Below are positions 17,701-28,205 of a stretch of 64,000 nt of DNA, piece by piece; within the stretch, counting starts at the first letter, position 1; every line of letters starts with the position of its first letter. Where the stretch lies: contig JAFZMQ010000014.1 of the NCBI GenBank assembly GCA_017551095.1, positions 9,972-73,971 of the forward strand. The letters run 5' to 3'. A program made the translations under genes and the position numbers. The notes beneath the pieces were generated by a model. The model saw only the letters and a list, made by a program, of their open reading frames with translations, was not told the origin of the DNA and ran no database searches. This DNA comes from Clostridia bacterium (GTDB lineage Bacteria > Bacillota > Clostridia > UBA1381).

Positions 17701-19335
17701 ATGAATAAGTTTCACGGAACGGGCGTTTACGGTGCAGTTGCAATAGGAAATGTGTCGCTTTTTAAACGGCAGGACACTACCGTCAGACGCACAAAAATCG
17801 AGAATATCGACGCCGAGCTTAAACGCGTTGCCGCGGCAGAAGAAAAGGCAATCGCACAGCTTTCGGAAATTTACGAAAAAGCCTTGGCAGAGGTCGGCGA
17901 AACTCATGCTCAGATTTTTGAAATCCATATGATGATGATTGAGGACGACGACTACAACGAGTCAATCCAGAACATCATAAAAACCCAGTCGGTAAATGCC
18001 GAATATGCCGTAGCAGAAACATCAGACATTTTTTCCGAGATGTTTGCAGGAATGGACGACGCATATATGCAGGCACGTGCTACCGATGTAAAGGATATTT
18101 CAAACCGTATTATCGCCTGTCTTTTGGATAATGATGAAACGGAAAAATCAACATCCGAAAAAATGGTAATATGTGCTGACGATTTAGCACCGAGCGAAAC
18201 GGTTTCTCTTGATAAGGACAAGGTTTTGGCATTTGTTACCGCTTTTGGTTCTTCTAATTCACACACGGCAATTCTTGCCCGGAATATGAATATTCCTGCC
18301 ATTATTGGTGCAGGTGAAGAATTTTTAAGGTCGATTTCGGACGGTGATAAAATCATAGTTGACGGGCATACGGGCGATATTTTTGTGGACCCCGATAATG
18401 AAACTGTCGAAAAATATCTTAAAAAGCAATCTGACGATAATCGCAAAAAAAAGCTCCTGCAAGAGCTTAAAGGCAAGGAAAATGTGACTCTTGACGGAAC
18501 TAAGATAAATATTTACGCAAACATAGGCGGCGTTGACGGCGTCGGTGCTGTACTTCAAAACGACGCAGGAGGAATCGGACTATTCCGCAGCGAATTTTTA
18601 TACCTTGAAAGTGAGGACTTCCCCACAGAAGAGGCACAGTTTACCGCATACAAAAAGGTTTTGGAAGGCATGGCAGGTAAAAAGGTAATTATCAGAACTT
18701 TGGATATCGGTGCGGATAAGCAGGTAGATTATTTTAACCTTGACAAAGAGGAAAATCCGGCTCTTGGTTACCGTGCAATCAGAATTTGCTTGACACGCCC
18801 TGAAATCTTCAAAACGCAGCTTCGGGCACTTTTAAGAGCATCGGTTTTTGGAAACTTAGGCATTATGTTCCCGATGATAACAAGCGTAAAAGAACTGCAA
18901 GACATCAAAGCCGTTTTAGAGGAAGTTAAAAAAGAGCTTAAAGATGACGGTTTGGAATATTCCGAAAATATCGAAATCGGCATAATGATTGAAACTCCTG
19001 CCGCAGCAATTATAAGCGACAAACTTGCTCCTATGGTTGACTTTTTCAGCGTAGGAACAAACGATTTGACGCAATACACCTTGGCTTGTGACAGGCAGAA
19101 TGCGAAATTAGAGCCGTTTATAGACACTCACCACGAGGCAATTTTAAGACTCATTGAGATGTCAGCCGAAAATGCACATAAAGCAGGTGCTTGGATTGGC
19201 ATTTGCGGCGAACTCGCAGCCGACACCTCCCTTACAGAAACATTTTTAAGAATGGGAATTGACGAGCTTTCCGTTTCCGCCCCCTTTGTTTTACCTCTTA
19301 GGGACGCCGTACGGAAAATAGATTTAAGAAAGTAA
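17701..19335 (+). CDS. ptsI: PTS Enzyme I (phosphoenolpyruvate-protein phosphotransferase)
   Basis: 544 aa with EI N-terminal, PEP-utilizer and PEP-binding domains (GSSNSHTAILAR). Confidence 0.95.
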   Translation: MNKFHGTGVYGAVAIGNVSLFKRQDTTVRRTKIENIDAELKRVAAAEEKAIAQLSEIYEKALAEVGETHAQIFEIHMMMIEDDDYNESIQNIIKTQSVNAEYAVAETSDIFSEMFAGMDDAYMQARATDVKDISNRIIACLLDNDETEKSTSEKMVICADDLAPSETVSLDKDKVLAFVTAFGSSNSHTAILARNMNIPAIIGAGEEFLRSISDGDKIIVDGHTGDIFVDPDNETVEKYLKKQSDDNRKKKLLQELKGKENVTLDGTKINIYANIGGVDGVGAVLQNDAGGIGLFRSEFLYLESEDFPTEEAQFTAYKKVLEGMAGKKVIIRTLDIGADKQVDYFNLDKEENPALGYRAIRICLTRPEIFKTQLRALLRASVFGNLGIMFPMITSVKELQDIKAVLEEVKKELKDDGLEYSENIEIGIMIETPAAAIISDKLAPMVDFFSVGTNDLTQYTLACDRQNAKLEPFIDTHHEAILRLIEMSAENAHKAGAWIGICGELAADTSLTETFLRMGIDELSVSAPFVLPLRDAVRKIDLRK

Positions 19336-19367
19336 AAATATCCGCCTATAAGGCGGATATTTTTTTA
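19336..19367. terminator. Bidirectional rho-independent terminator (ptsI and acn converge)
   Basis: ATATCCGCC-tata-GGCGGATAT flanked by an A-run and a T-run. Confidence 0.8.
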
Positions 19368-21302
19368 CTTATTTGAGTTATTCTTTGTATAATTTAGAAG
19401 TCCTCCGGCTAAAAGCATTTCTCTTTGTCTTTCTGACAAATCTATACTTACTTCAAAATCAAAATTCTTTGTTTTGTCTATAACAGTTAATGTGTCGGCA
19501 TTTTTTATCCCGTCTGTTACGCCCTTTATTTCAAGTACATCTCCCCCGTCAATTCTGTCATAATCCGCCTCATTTTTGAATGTTGCGGGAATTATACCTG
19601 CATTTATGAGGTTTGCCATATGTATTCTTGCGAAGGATTTTGTCAGCACCATTTTAACTCCCAGATACAAAGGTGCAAGTGCCGCATGTTCTCTTGACGA
19701 GCCTTGTCCGTAGTTTGAGCCTCCCACAATTATGGATTTTCCCATCTCTTTTGCACGGCTTGGGAAGCTTTCGTCGCAAACCGCAAAGCAGTACTCCGAA
19801 ATCTTCGGAATATTTGAACGCAAAGGCAAAATTTTTGCTCCCGCAGGCATAATATGGTCGGTTGTAATATTATCGCCGACTTTAAGGCTTACTCCTGCCG
19901 TAATTTCCGATTCCATAGGCTTAGATACGGGGAACGGTTTTATGTTTGGACCTCTCAAAATCTCGACTGTATCCATTTTGTCCTCTTCTATCGGAGCAAC
20001 TACCATATTGTCATTTACCAAAAACTTTTCCGGAAGTACAAAGTCGGGCATATCACCCATTTCGCAAGGATTGGTAAGATAGCCGTTAATTGCGGAAATT
20101 GCCGCAGTTTCAGGCGATACAAGATAAATTTTCGCATCCTTTGTGCCTGAACGCCCCTCAAAGTTACGGTTAAATGTTCTTAGAGATATTCCCGCAGAAT
20201 TTGGCGATTGCCCCATACCGATACATGGTCCACACGCACTTTCCAAAATTCTTGCACCTGCTGAAATCATAGTTGCCAAAGCACCGTTTTGTGCCAACAT
20301 ATTAAGCACCTGCTTTGAGCCCGGGGCTATGGCAAGAGAAACATCGGGATTTACCGTCTTGCCCTCCAAAATATGTGCGACTTTCAGCATATCCAAAAGC
20401 GACGAATTTGTGCATGAGCCGATTAACACCTGGTCAATCTTCATTTTACCGATTTCGTCAACCGATTTTACATTATCGGGTGAATGCGGACACGCTGCAA
20501 GTGGTACAAGCTCCGAAAGATTTATATTTACTTCCTCATCATAAACGGCGTCGCTGTCGGCAGAAAGCGGAACATAATCCTCTTCCCTCTGCTGTGCCTT
20601 TAAAAATTCACGGGTTATTTCATCAGACGGGAAAATGGAAGTTGTTGCACCAAGTTCCGCTCCCATATTTGTTATAGTAGCTCTTTCGGGAACGGACAGC
20701 GTTTTTACGCCCTCGCCCGTATATTCCATAACTTTTCCCACTCCGCCTTTAACCGAAAGGCGTTTTAATACCTCTAAAATAATATCCTTTGCCGATACCC
20801 AAGGCGAAAGTTTGCCCGTCAAATTGATTTTTACAACCTTAGGACAGGTTATATAGTATGTTCCGCCGCCCATAGCTACGGCAACATCCATCCCACCTGC
20901 ACCTATGGCAATCATGCCTATTCCTCCGCCTGTCGGAGTATGGCTGTCCGAGCCGATAAGGGTTTTACCGGGTTTTCCGAACCGCTCCAAATGCACCTGA
21001 TGACATATGCCGTTACCGGGGCGTGAAAAATAAACGCCGTGCTTTTTACATATACTGCCTATAAATCTGTGGTCATCAGCATTTTCAAATCCCGACTGCA
21101 AAGTGTTATGGTCTATGTATGCGACACTCTTTTCCGTTTTAACTCTCGGCACTCCCATAGCCTCAAATTCAAGGTAAGCCATAGTACCTGTTGCGTCCTG
21201 TGTGAGCGTCTGGTCAATTTTTATACCGATTTCGCTCCCTTTTATCATCTCTCCTTCTACCAAATGCTTGGAGAGTATTTTTTCTGTTAATGTAAGTCCC
21301 AT
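19365..21302 (-). CDS. acn: Aconitate hydratase (aconitase family, clostridial ~640-aa type)
   Basis: Aconitase family motifs, including the 4Fe-4S Cys ligands (SCTNSS, CGPCIG) and the swivel domain. Confidence 0.85.
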   Translation of the reverse strand: MGLTLTEKILSKHLVEGEMIKGSEIGIKIDQTLTQDATGTMAYLEFEAMGVPRVKTEKSVAYIDHNTLQSGFENADDHRFIGSICKKHGVYFSRPGNGICHQVHLERFGKPGKTLIGSDSHTPTGGGIGMIAIGAGGMDVAVAMGGGTYYITCPKVVKINLTGKLSPWVSAKDIILEVLKRLSVKGGVGKVMEYTGEGVKTLSVPERATITNMGAELGATTSIFPSDEITREFLKAQQREEDYVPLSADSDAVYDEEVNINLSELVPLAACPHSPDNVKSVDEIGKMKIDQVLIGSCTNSSLLDMLKVAHILEGKTVNPDVSLAIAPGSKQVLNMLAQNGALATMISAGARILESACGPCIGMGQSPNSAGISLRTFNRNFEGRSGTKDAKIYLVSPETAAISAINGYLTNPCEMGDMPDFVLPEKFLVNDNMVVAPIEEDKMDTVEILRGPNIKPFPVSKPMESEITAGVSLKVGDNITTDHIMPAGAKILPLRSNIPKISEYCFAVCDESFPSRAKEMGKSIIVGGSNYGQGSSREHAALAPLYLGVKMVLTKSFARIHMANLINAGIIPATFKNEADYDRIDGGDVLEIKGVTDGIKNADTLTVIDKTKNFDFEVSIDLSERQREMLLAGGLLNYTKNNSNK

Positions 21303-21683
21303 AAATTTATTCCTCCATAGCTATGTATTTTACCGCATTTATGCCCTTTTGTCAATACAGATGTATTGTAACATTTTTTCATTTTTTACATATTGTATAG
21401 GGATTGGAGTTGGTATTTTTGGATATCTATTGTGCGGGTTTTGTCATAATTTTAGTTACTATATTCTTTGCCATTCTCATATACGCAATAAGACACAAAA
21501 GCTACTCTTTTAAGACAATTTGGACGGAAAATGACAGGAATATCGAGGCAAAGCTTCGCATTTTTATGCGGAAAAATCCACGCTCGGAAATAGTTGTAAT
21601 AAACAATTCCCCGTCTTCCGAAACGGGAAAAATTCTAAAAAAAATGCAGTACGATTTTCCCGAAATACATATAGTTTCATACT

Positions 21684-21710
21684 AAAAAAGCCGATAAAAT
21701 CGGCTTTTTT
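21684..21710. terminator. Rho-independent terminator downstream of the Na/Pi symporter gene
   Basis: AAAAAAGCCGAT-aaaa-TCGGCTTTTTT. Confidence 0.8.
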
Positions 21711-23464
21711 TAGATAACATATTTATTGCTGTATTCATTATAGAGTTCGAAGAATCCGTTTCGTCCCTCATTTTTGACTTCATTTAAATATTGATGTCTG
21801 TCAAGTGCGTTATGCTTTTGTTCAAGTATGCTTACTGCAATATTTGAGCAGTGGTCTGCAACCCTTTCGCAGTTAGTTATAAGATCTGACAGAACAAATC
21901 CAAACTCTATTGTGCATAATCCGTCGCTCAGACGGTTTATGTGATTATCCTTTATGATCCGTTTTAGGTTATCTATTGTCTGTTCAAGAGGCTCAACCCG
22001 TTTTGCAAGTTCACGGTCATCATTTTCAAGTGAGCGTATAGTGATATTTAAAATTTCGTGAACGGCGTCAAACATAACTGTTATTTCCCTCTCCGCATCC
22101 TTTGAGAACTCTATATTCTTTTCCGCAATTTCCCTCGAAGTAGATACAATATTTACTGCATGGTCGGACATTCGCTCCAAATCGCCCACTACATGCAAAA
22201 GATGAGTAACGGTTTTACTGTCTTTTTCCGACAATTTTCCAAGTGCAAGGTGAACCAGATATGTACTTAGCTTATCCTCATAGGTGTCTACAATTTTTTC
22301 GTTCTCTTCGATTTCGGCAGCACCCTTTTCGTCATATTCATAAATCATACCCATCGACATGAAAACCATAGTCTTGGTGATTTCTGCCATTCTGCCCACA
22401 AGCTCATTACATTTTTCAACTGCATATCCGGGCATGAGCAAAAATCTGTCGTCCAGAGTATCGAAAATATCGGTTTCCCGCTTTTCACCCTTTCTTTTAA
22501 CGGTATTTTTGGATAGTTTTTCGATTTTATCGCAAAACGGCATAAGAATTACCGTTGCCAAGAGGTTAAAAACTGTATGAATTACCGCAATATAGACCGC
22601 TCCCACCGTTTGCGTCATAATAGGAAATTTGAAAATTGCATTTGCAATATAGAAAATACCCGCAATAATTACCACACTTATGAGTTTGATATGTATACAA
22701 GCCGCAGCAACCCTCTTTGCGTTAGTATCTCCCTTTATTGCCGACAGTGCCGGAGTGATTGCCGCACCGATATTCGCACCCAGAACAATCGGAAGAGCTG
22801 TTCCAAAGCTTATAGCTCCCGTTATGGAAAGTGCCTGCAAAACTCCGACTGACGCTGATGACGACTGTATCACCGCAGTAAGAACTACTCCTGCTAAAAT
22901 ACCCATTACGGGGTTTGAAAACATTACCAGAAGTTTGGCAAAAACAGGGCTGTCTTTAAGTCCCGACATAGAGTCTGACATTGTTTCCATACCAAACATA
23001 AGGACGCTGAATCCCAAAAGGATTGTTCCTATATCCCTCTGTTTATCCCGTTTTGCAGTAAAACTAAGAATGATACCTATCATTGCAAGTACAGGCGTAA
23101 AGGAAGAAGGCTTTAAAAGCCTCAGGAAAAAGCTTTCGCCGTTTATACCCGACAAACTCAAAATCCACGCCGTAACGGTTGTTCCTAAGTTTGCACCCAT
23201 TATTATACTTATCGTCTGTGACAGCTTCATAATGCCTGAATTTACAAAGCCCACAAGCATGACGGTTGTCGCACCCGAGCTTTGTATAATAGCAGTAACT
23301 GCCGCTCCCAAAAGGAAGCCTTTTAGCTTATTTGATGTGAGCTTTTCCAAAATGATTTCAAGTTTACTTCCGGAAAGTTTTTTCAGTCCGTCACCCATTA
23401 CATCCATTCCGTAAAGGAATAGTGCAAGACCTCCGAATAGTGTCAATACAGAAAAGAAATCCAT
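21710..23464 (-). CDS. Na/Pi-cotransporter family protein with C-terminal PhoU-like domains
   Basis: N-terminal multi-TM Na_Pi_cotrans repeats and ~200 aa of C-terminal PhoU-like helical repeats. Confidence 0.85.
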   Translation of the reverse strand: MDFFSVLTLFGGLALFLYGMDVMGDGLKKLSGSKLEIILEKLTSNKLKGFLLGAAVTAIIQSSGATTVMLVGFVNSGIMKLSQTISIIMGANLGTTVTAWILSLSGINGESFFLRLLKPSSFTPVLAMIGIILSFTAKRDKQRDIGTILLGFSVLMFGMETMSDSMSGLKDSPVFAKLLVMFSNPVMGILAGVVLTAVIQSSSASVGVLQALSITGAISFGTALPIVLGANIGAAITPALSAIKGDTNAKRVAAACIHIKLISVVIIAGIFYIANAIFKFPIMTQTVGAVYIAVIHTVFNLLATVILMPFCDKIEKLSKNTVKRKGEKRETDIFDTLDDRFLLMPGYAVEKCNELVGRMAEITKTMVFMSMGMIYEYDEKGAAEIEENEKIVDTYEDKLSTYLVHLALGKLSEKDSKTVTHLLHVVGDLERMSDHAVNIVSTSREIAEKNIEFSKDAEREITVMFDAVHEILNITIRSLENDDRELAKRVEPLEQTIDNLKRIIKDNHINRLSDGLCTIEFGFVLSDLITNCERVADHCSNIAVSILEQKHNALDRHQYLNEVKNEGRNGFFELYNEYSNKYVI

Positions 23465-23481
23465 AAAATCCTCCCGACTCG

Positions 23482-25143
23482 CTATATCTCCATGATTACA
23501 GGTATAATCATGGGCGTTCTGTTCGTTTCCTCGTAAATGTACTTATATATACTGTTTTTTATTGATGTTTTTATAGTCGCCCAATCATTTATATTAGCCC
23601 TCTTACAAGCTTCTATGCGTCCCTTGGCAATATCTTTTATCCTTTGCATAAGGTCCTCGGATTCACGCACATACACAAATCCCCTTGATACTACATCAGG
23701 ACCTGATACGATTTCGCCTGTATCTTTTGAGATTGTTACAACCGCTATAATAAGCCCGTCCTGTGCCAAAAGCTTTCTGTCACGCAAGACAATATTTCCG
23801 ACATCGCCTACTCCAAGCCCGTCAACTAAAATTCTACCGGCAGGGACAGTTCCTGTGACCTTTGCAGAAGTCTGGTCAAGCTCCAAAACACTGCCGTTTT
23901 GCAAAACAAAGGTCTTTTTTATGCCCATTTTCTCGGCAATTTCAGCATGCAGCATAAGGTGACGCCTCTCGCCGTGAACAGGAATGAAATATTTTGCCTT
24001 GGTAAGAGCAAGTATCATTTTCAGCTCCTCCTGACAGGCATGACCTGAAACATGAACATCAGAAAGTGCTTTATATATTACCTCCGCCCCTATTTTAAAG
24101 AGCTCATTTATGACATTCGACACACTTTTTTCGTTACCCGGTATGGGTGTTGCGGAAATTATAATTAAGTCGTCCTTGGTAACTTCAACTTTTCTGTGGT
24201 CGGAAAATGCCATACGCGAAAGTGCACTCATAGGTTCGCCCTGACTGCCTGTTGTTATGATTACAAGCTTATGCGGCGGATATTTTGATATTGCATCAAG
24301 CGGAATTAAAACGCCGTCAGGCACTTTAAGATACCCCAAAAGCAAGGAAATTTCTATTATGTTTTCCATACTTCTGCCGGATACCGCAACCTTTCTGCCG
24401 TTTTCTGCGGCAGCGTCTATTATCTGCTGTACCCTATGCACATTCGATGCAAATGTCGCAACAATAATCCGTTTTTTGCAGCCTTTAAAAATGCCGTTAA
24501 ATTTGTCGCCTACCATTCTTTCGCTCATGGCGTAGCCTGGGCGTTCTACATTTGTACTGTCTGACATAAGTGCCAAAACGCCTTGTTTGCCAAGTTCGCC
24601 AAGCCTTGCAAGGTCAATCATCTCGCCAACAATCGGCGTTGTATCAATTTTGAAATCGCCCATATGGATTACTATGCCCACAGGCGTTGTTATTGCAAGT
24701 GCGACTGAATCGGCGATAGAGTGATTTGTCCTTATAAATTCTACCGAAAAAACATTGTTAATTTTAACAACATTCCCCGCTTTTACCTTGCATAGCTTTA
24801 CCTTTGAAAGAAGGGTATGCTCCTTTAACTTATGCTCCACAAGTCCTATTGTGAGCTGCGTTCCGTAAACAGGAACATTTATCTGTTTCAAAAAATAGGG
24901 AAGCCCTCCTATATGGTCCTCATGACCATGCGTCAGGAAAATGCCTTTTAGCTTTGCCCTGTTTTTCTCAACATACGAAATGTCGTTGATGACTAAATCC
25001 ACACCGGGCATATCGTCATCAGGAAAAGACATTCCGCAATCTACCATTATCATCTCGTTTCCGTACTCGAGAATGGTCATATTTTTACCAATCTCATCGA
25101 GACCTCCTAACGGTATAATTTTGAGTTTATTCTTTTTTGCCAC
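23482..25143 (-). CDS. rnj: Ribonuclease J
   Basis: Metallo-beta-lactamase HxHxDH (THGHEDHIGG) plus beta-CASP and RNase J C-terminal domains. 553 aa. Confidence 0.92.
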   Translation of the reverse strand: MAKKNKLKIIPLGGLDEIGKNMTILEYGNEMIMVDCGMSFPDDDMPGVDLVINDISYVEKNRAKLKGIFLTHGHEDHIGGLPYFLKQINVPVYGTQLTIGLVEHKLKEHTLLSKVKLCKVKAGNVVKINNVFSVEFIRTNHSIADSVALAITTPVGIVIHMGDFKIDTTPIVGEMIDLARLGELGKQGVLALMSDSTNVERPGYAMSERMVGDKFNGIFKGCKKRIIVATFASNVHRVQQIIDAAAENGRKVAVSGRSMENIIEISLLLGYLKVPDGVLIPLDAISKYPPHKLVIITTGSQGEPMSALSRMAFSDHRKVEVTKDDLIIISATPIPGNEKSVSNVINELFKIGAEVIYKALSDVHVSGHACQEELKMILALTKAKYFIPVHGERRHLMLHAEIAEKMGIKKTFVLQNGSVLELDQTSAKVTGTVPAGRILVDGLGVGDVGNIVLRDRKLLAQDGLIIAVVTISKDTGEIVSGPDVVSRGFVYVRESEDLMQRIKDIAKGRIEACKRANINDWATIKTSIKNSIYKYIYEETNRTPMIIPVIMEI

Positions 25144-25247
25144 CTTTTTACCTCCGTAAATTATTTCCGTACACTCATATATAGTTTATTATACCACCTT
25201 TTCCTTTAATTAGTCAATCTTTTTTAGCAAAAAGAAAAAACCGCTTA

Positions 25248-25886
25248 TTATAAACGGTTTTGACTTATCTTAAATGACAGTGTCATCAGAGAATCTGTAA
25301 GATGCACATTTTCCACAAAAACCTCATTCTTGCTTTTAAGCTCGGTATACGAAAAATTCCAAAATCCCCTTACTCCGCTATCCATGAGCATTTCTGCAAC
25401 CTCTTCCGTTGCATCTTTTGGAAGGGTAAGTATTGCGATATCTATTTTATTCTCCGAAATAAAATCTTTTATTTTAGAAATGTCAGAAATTTCTATGTTC
25501 CCTACCTTTTTGCCTATTTTCTCCTTATCATTGTCAAAAATCCCCAAAAGCTTAAAGCCACGCTTTTTAAGTCCTCCGTAGTTTGCTATTGCATGACCTA
25601 AGTTTCCGGCACCGACTATTACCAATCTATAACCATTTGTGATGCCCAAAAGTTTTTTAAGCTCTGCTAAAAGGTACTGCACATTATATCCGTAGCCCTG
25701 CTGTCCAAAGCCTCCGAAATAGTTGAAATCCTGCCTTATCTGACTTGCAGTAACACCCATTTTTTTGCTGAGTGCCGTTGATGAAATCCGCGTTTTCCCA
25801 TCCTTATCAAGCTCGTCTAAGTATCTATAATATCTTGAAAGCCGTCTTATTACAACTTCCGGCACCTTTTTATCCTTTAAATCCAC
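25248..25886 (-). CDS. rex: Redox-sensing transcriptional repressor Rex
   Basis: N-terminal winged helix (RLSRYYRYL) and a Rossmann NADH-binding domain (VGAGNLG). Confidence 0.92.
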   Translation of the reverse strand: MDLKDKKVPEVVIRRLSRYYRYLDELDKDGKTRISSTALSKKMGVTASQIRQDFNYFGGFGQQGYGYNVQYLLAELKKLLGITNGYRLVIVGAGNLGHAIANYGGLKKRGFKLLGIFDNDKEKIGKKVGNIEISDISKIKDFISENKIDIAILTLPKDATEEVAEMLMDSGVRGFWNFSYTELKSKNEVFVENVHLTDSLMTLSFKISQNRL

Positions 25887-25936
25887 AATTACAAAACCTC
25901 CGCTTATACTTACGGTAGAATAATATCAACCAAAAC

Positions 25937-26491
25937 TTACTTTTTGCACAAAAGCTTTATATAAAATCTCGTATACATTGTAAGTGAAAGCAATAATATG
26001 AATCCGCAAAGCACAATCAACGCGTTCACTGCCGTAATCGGCAAATCCGGAAAAAGAATCATTGAAATCATTGATGCATACAGAACAAATGTACTAAGCT
26101 TTCCGTACCACTTTGCACTGTTTACAGAATCGGTATTCCGCATTGTTATATATCCCAAAAGTGCCATAACAAACTCTTTTGCTACAAAAAGTGCAAAAAT
26201 CCAGAGCATATCGGGATATTTATTTGAAAGGCATATAAAAAGTGTGCCTTGCGTCAGCTTGTCGGCAATCGGGTCAAGAATTTTTCCGAAATCGGACACC
26301 ATATTGCACTTTCTGGCAATTATTCCGTCTGCAACATCGGTAGCTCCCGAAAGAATTATCATAAGAGCTGCACCGTGATAATTTTTTTGTGCTATGTAGA
26401 GCCACACGATAAAAGGAATCATCAGAATCCTTAAAAGGCTCAAAAGATTGGGAATAGTCAGAATATTATTTTTTGTAAAAAGTCTCTTCAT
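25937..26491 (-). CDS. pgsA: CDP-diacylglycerol--glycerol-3-phosphate 3-phosphatidyltransferase
   Basis: CDP-alcohol phosphatidyltransferase motif DVADGIIAR...GKILDPIADK. Multi-TM, 184 aa. Confidence 0.85.
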   Translation of the reverse strand: MKRLFTKNNILTIPNLLSLLRILMIPFIVWLYIAQKNYHGAALMIILSGATDVADGIIARKCNMVSDFGKILDPIADKLTQGTLFICLSNKYPDMLWIFALFVAKEFVMALLGYITMRNTDSVNSAKWYGKLSTFVLYASMISMILFPDLPITAVNALIVLCGFILLLSLTMYTRFYIKLLCKK

Positions 26492-26560
26492 ACTTTCTCC
26501 TCATGCAATTTGAAACATTACCTACTTATTATATACCATTTTTTAGCATTTTTCAAGCCA

Positions 26561-27442
26561 TTATTTTTCATTTAAAAACCTTTTTATCTCCGCGAGCCTT
26601 CTTTCTGCTTCCCGTCTTCCCTCGCGGTAAACGCGTTCCAATTCGACAGGATTTTTTTCAGTGCGTGAAACTCTAAGTGATTGCTGCGGCCGTATTACGA
26701 TTGATTCTCCCGATTTCTCACGCTCTTTTATTTCATTAAGCTGTCTTTCATACAGTTCATGGCGAACATTCATAGCCGAAATAATTGCAGGATATTTATT
26801 AAGCATAAGCTTTATCACAGGCATTGCCCTGCTACGCCTTTTTCGGTAGTTTTCCGGTTGTGTCAGGATTATAACATTTCTGTTATAGCCCAAATCCTCC
26901 ATATGCCTATACGGCACAGGGTCGGAAATGCCTCCGTCTAAAAGGCGGTATCCGTCAACCTCAACTATTCTTGCCAAGACAGGCATTGAAGCAGACGCTC
27001 TCATCCACAAAACATCACGCTCATCACCCTCGGTGCAGTTATGATACACGGTTTTACCCGTATAGACATCTGTCGCACCAACATAAAAGGGCATAGGATT
27101 TTCACGGAAAGCCTTGCGGTCAAATATATCAAGGCTATCCGGTATTTCCCTATAACAAAAATCCGCTCCGTATAAATCGCCTGTTTTAATAAGCGACCTG
27201 ATACTGCAATATTTTGGATCTTTTGAGTACTTTTTATTATAGCGTAACGCCCGTCCTATCTGCCCTGATTTATAGTTACAGCTAAATGTCGCACCTGCCG
27301 ACACTCCTGCACACGCATCAAATTTTATTCCGTTTTCCATAAAAATGTCCAGCACTCCGCAGGTAAACATACCACGCATTGCACCGCCCTCCATGATAAG
27401 AGCGGTTTTAAATTCTTTTTCCATATTTTTTCTCCGTTTCAA
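26561..27442 (-). CDS. Patatin-like phospholipase family protein
   Basis: GGAMRG oxyanion motif and the GVSAG serine-hydrolase motif. Confidence 0.85.
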   Translation of the reverse strand: MKRRKNMEKEFKTALIMEGGAMRGMFTCGVLDIFMENGIKFDACAGVSAGATFSCNYKSGQIGRALRYNKKYSKDPKYCSIRSLIKTGDLYGADFCYREIPDSLDIFDRKAFRENPMPFYVGATDVYTGKTVYHNCTEGDERDVLWMRASASMPVLARIVEVDGYRLLDGGISDPVPYRHMEDLGYNRNVIILTQPENYRKRRSRAMPVIKLMLNKYPAIISAMNVRHELYERQLNEIKEREKSGESIVIRPQQSLRVSRTEKNPVELERVYREGRREAERRLAEIKRFLNEK

Positions 27443-27524
27443 AGTTCATTATAACACATATGTCCCGTTATAACAAGAAAATCTTTAAATACTTTTATAC
27501 TTTTATTGATTATTTTTAAAAAAT

Positions 27525-28205
27525 GTGCTAAAATTATGCAAACAAATGTTAAAGGTAGGTATATCTGTGGAAGTATATGGAGTTAAACCTAAAATTTTTA
27601 CAAAAGAGTGGTGGCCTTATTATTGGGATTATTATAAATTTCATACCATCGCGGTTATTTTTGTGTTAATAATAATTATTTCAACTGTAAATGAGTGTAA
27701 AAATCAAACAAACTATGACCTTACGCTTGACGTTATTACAGAAAACTACATATCGCAAGATACCATGGACGCACTTTTAAATACCGTCTGTGAGAATGTT
27801 GAGGATGTTACGGGAAACGAAAAGGTTGAGGCATACATAAACTATATCGATATGAATGAGAACGGCGATCCTCAGTATTTACAGGCTATGCACACAAAAA
27901 TGACCTTTGAAGCATCATATACCGACGCTTTTGTGTTTTTAATGTCAAAAAAATATGCAGACTATATGAGTGAGAACGAAATTTTTGAACCCACTTCAAA
28001 ATGGACCGACAAGGAATCATATAACGGGTATGTTATAGATTTAACGAATTGCCAAACCCTGCAAAATATAGGCATTGATACAAGCGATTTATATTTAGGC
28101 ATAATAAGTATACGCGAATCTGACAAAAAATCTAAAACGGAAGAAAACCTTTATAAGCAGAAAAACGGCATAAAGTTCGCGAAATTTTTGTTAAATGAGG
28201 AGTGA
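27525..28205 (+). CDS. Hypothetical membrane-anchored protein (one N-terminal TM), overlapping the downstream sigma-factor gene
   Basis: TM segment IAVIFVLIIIISTV. No family I recognise. Overlaps the sigma gene start by 11 nt. Confidence 0.5.
   Translation: MLKLCKQMLKVGISVEVYGVKPKIFTKEWWPYYWDYYKFHTIAVIFVLIIIISTVNECKNQTNYDLTLDVITENYISQDTMDALLNTVCENVEDVTGNEKVEAYINYIDMNENGDPQYLQAMHTKMTFEASYTDAFVFLMSKKYADYMSENEIFEPTSKWTDKESYNGYVIDLTNCQTLQNIGIDTSDLYLGIISIRESDKKSKTEENLYKQKNGIKFAKFLLNEE

Noticed and set aside
22680-23414. 244-aa plus-strand ORF
   Set aside because: Antisense to the well-supported Na/Pi cotransporter gene. It lacks domain signatures.
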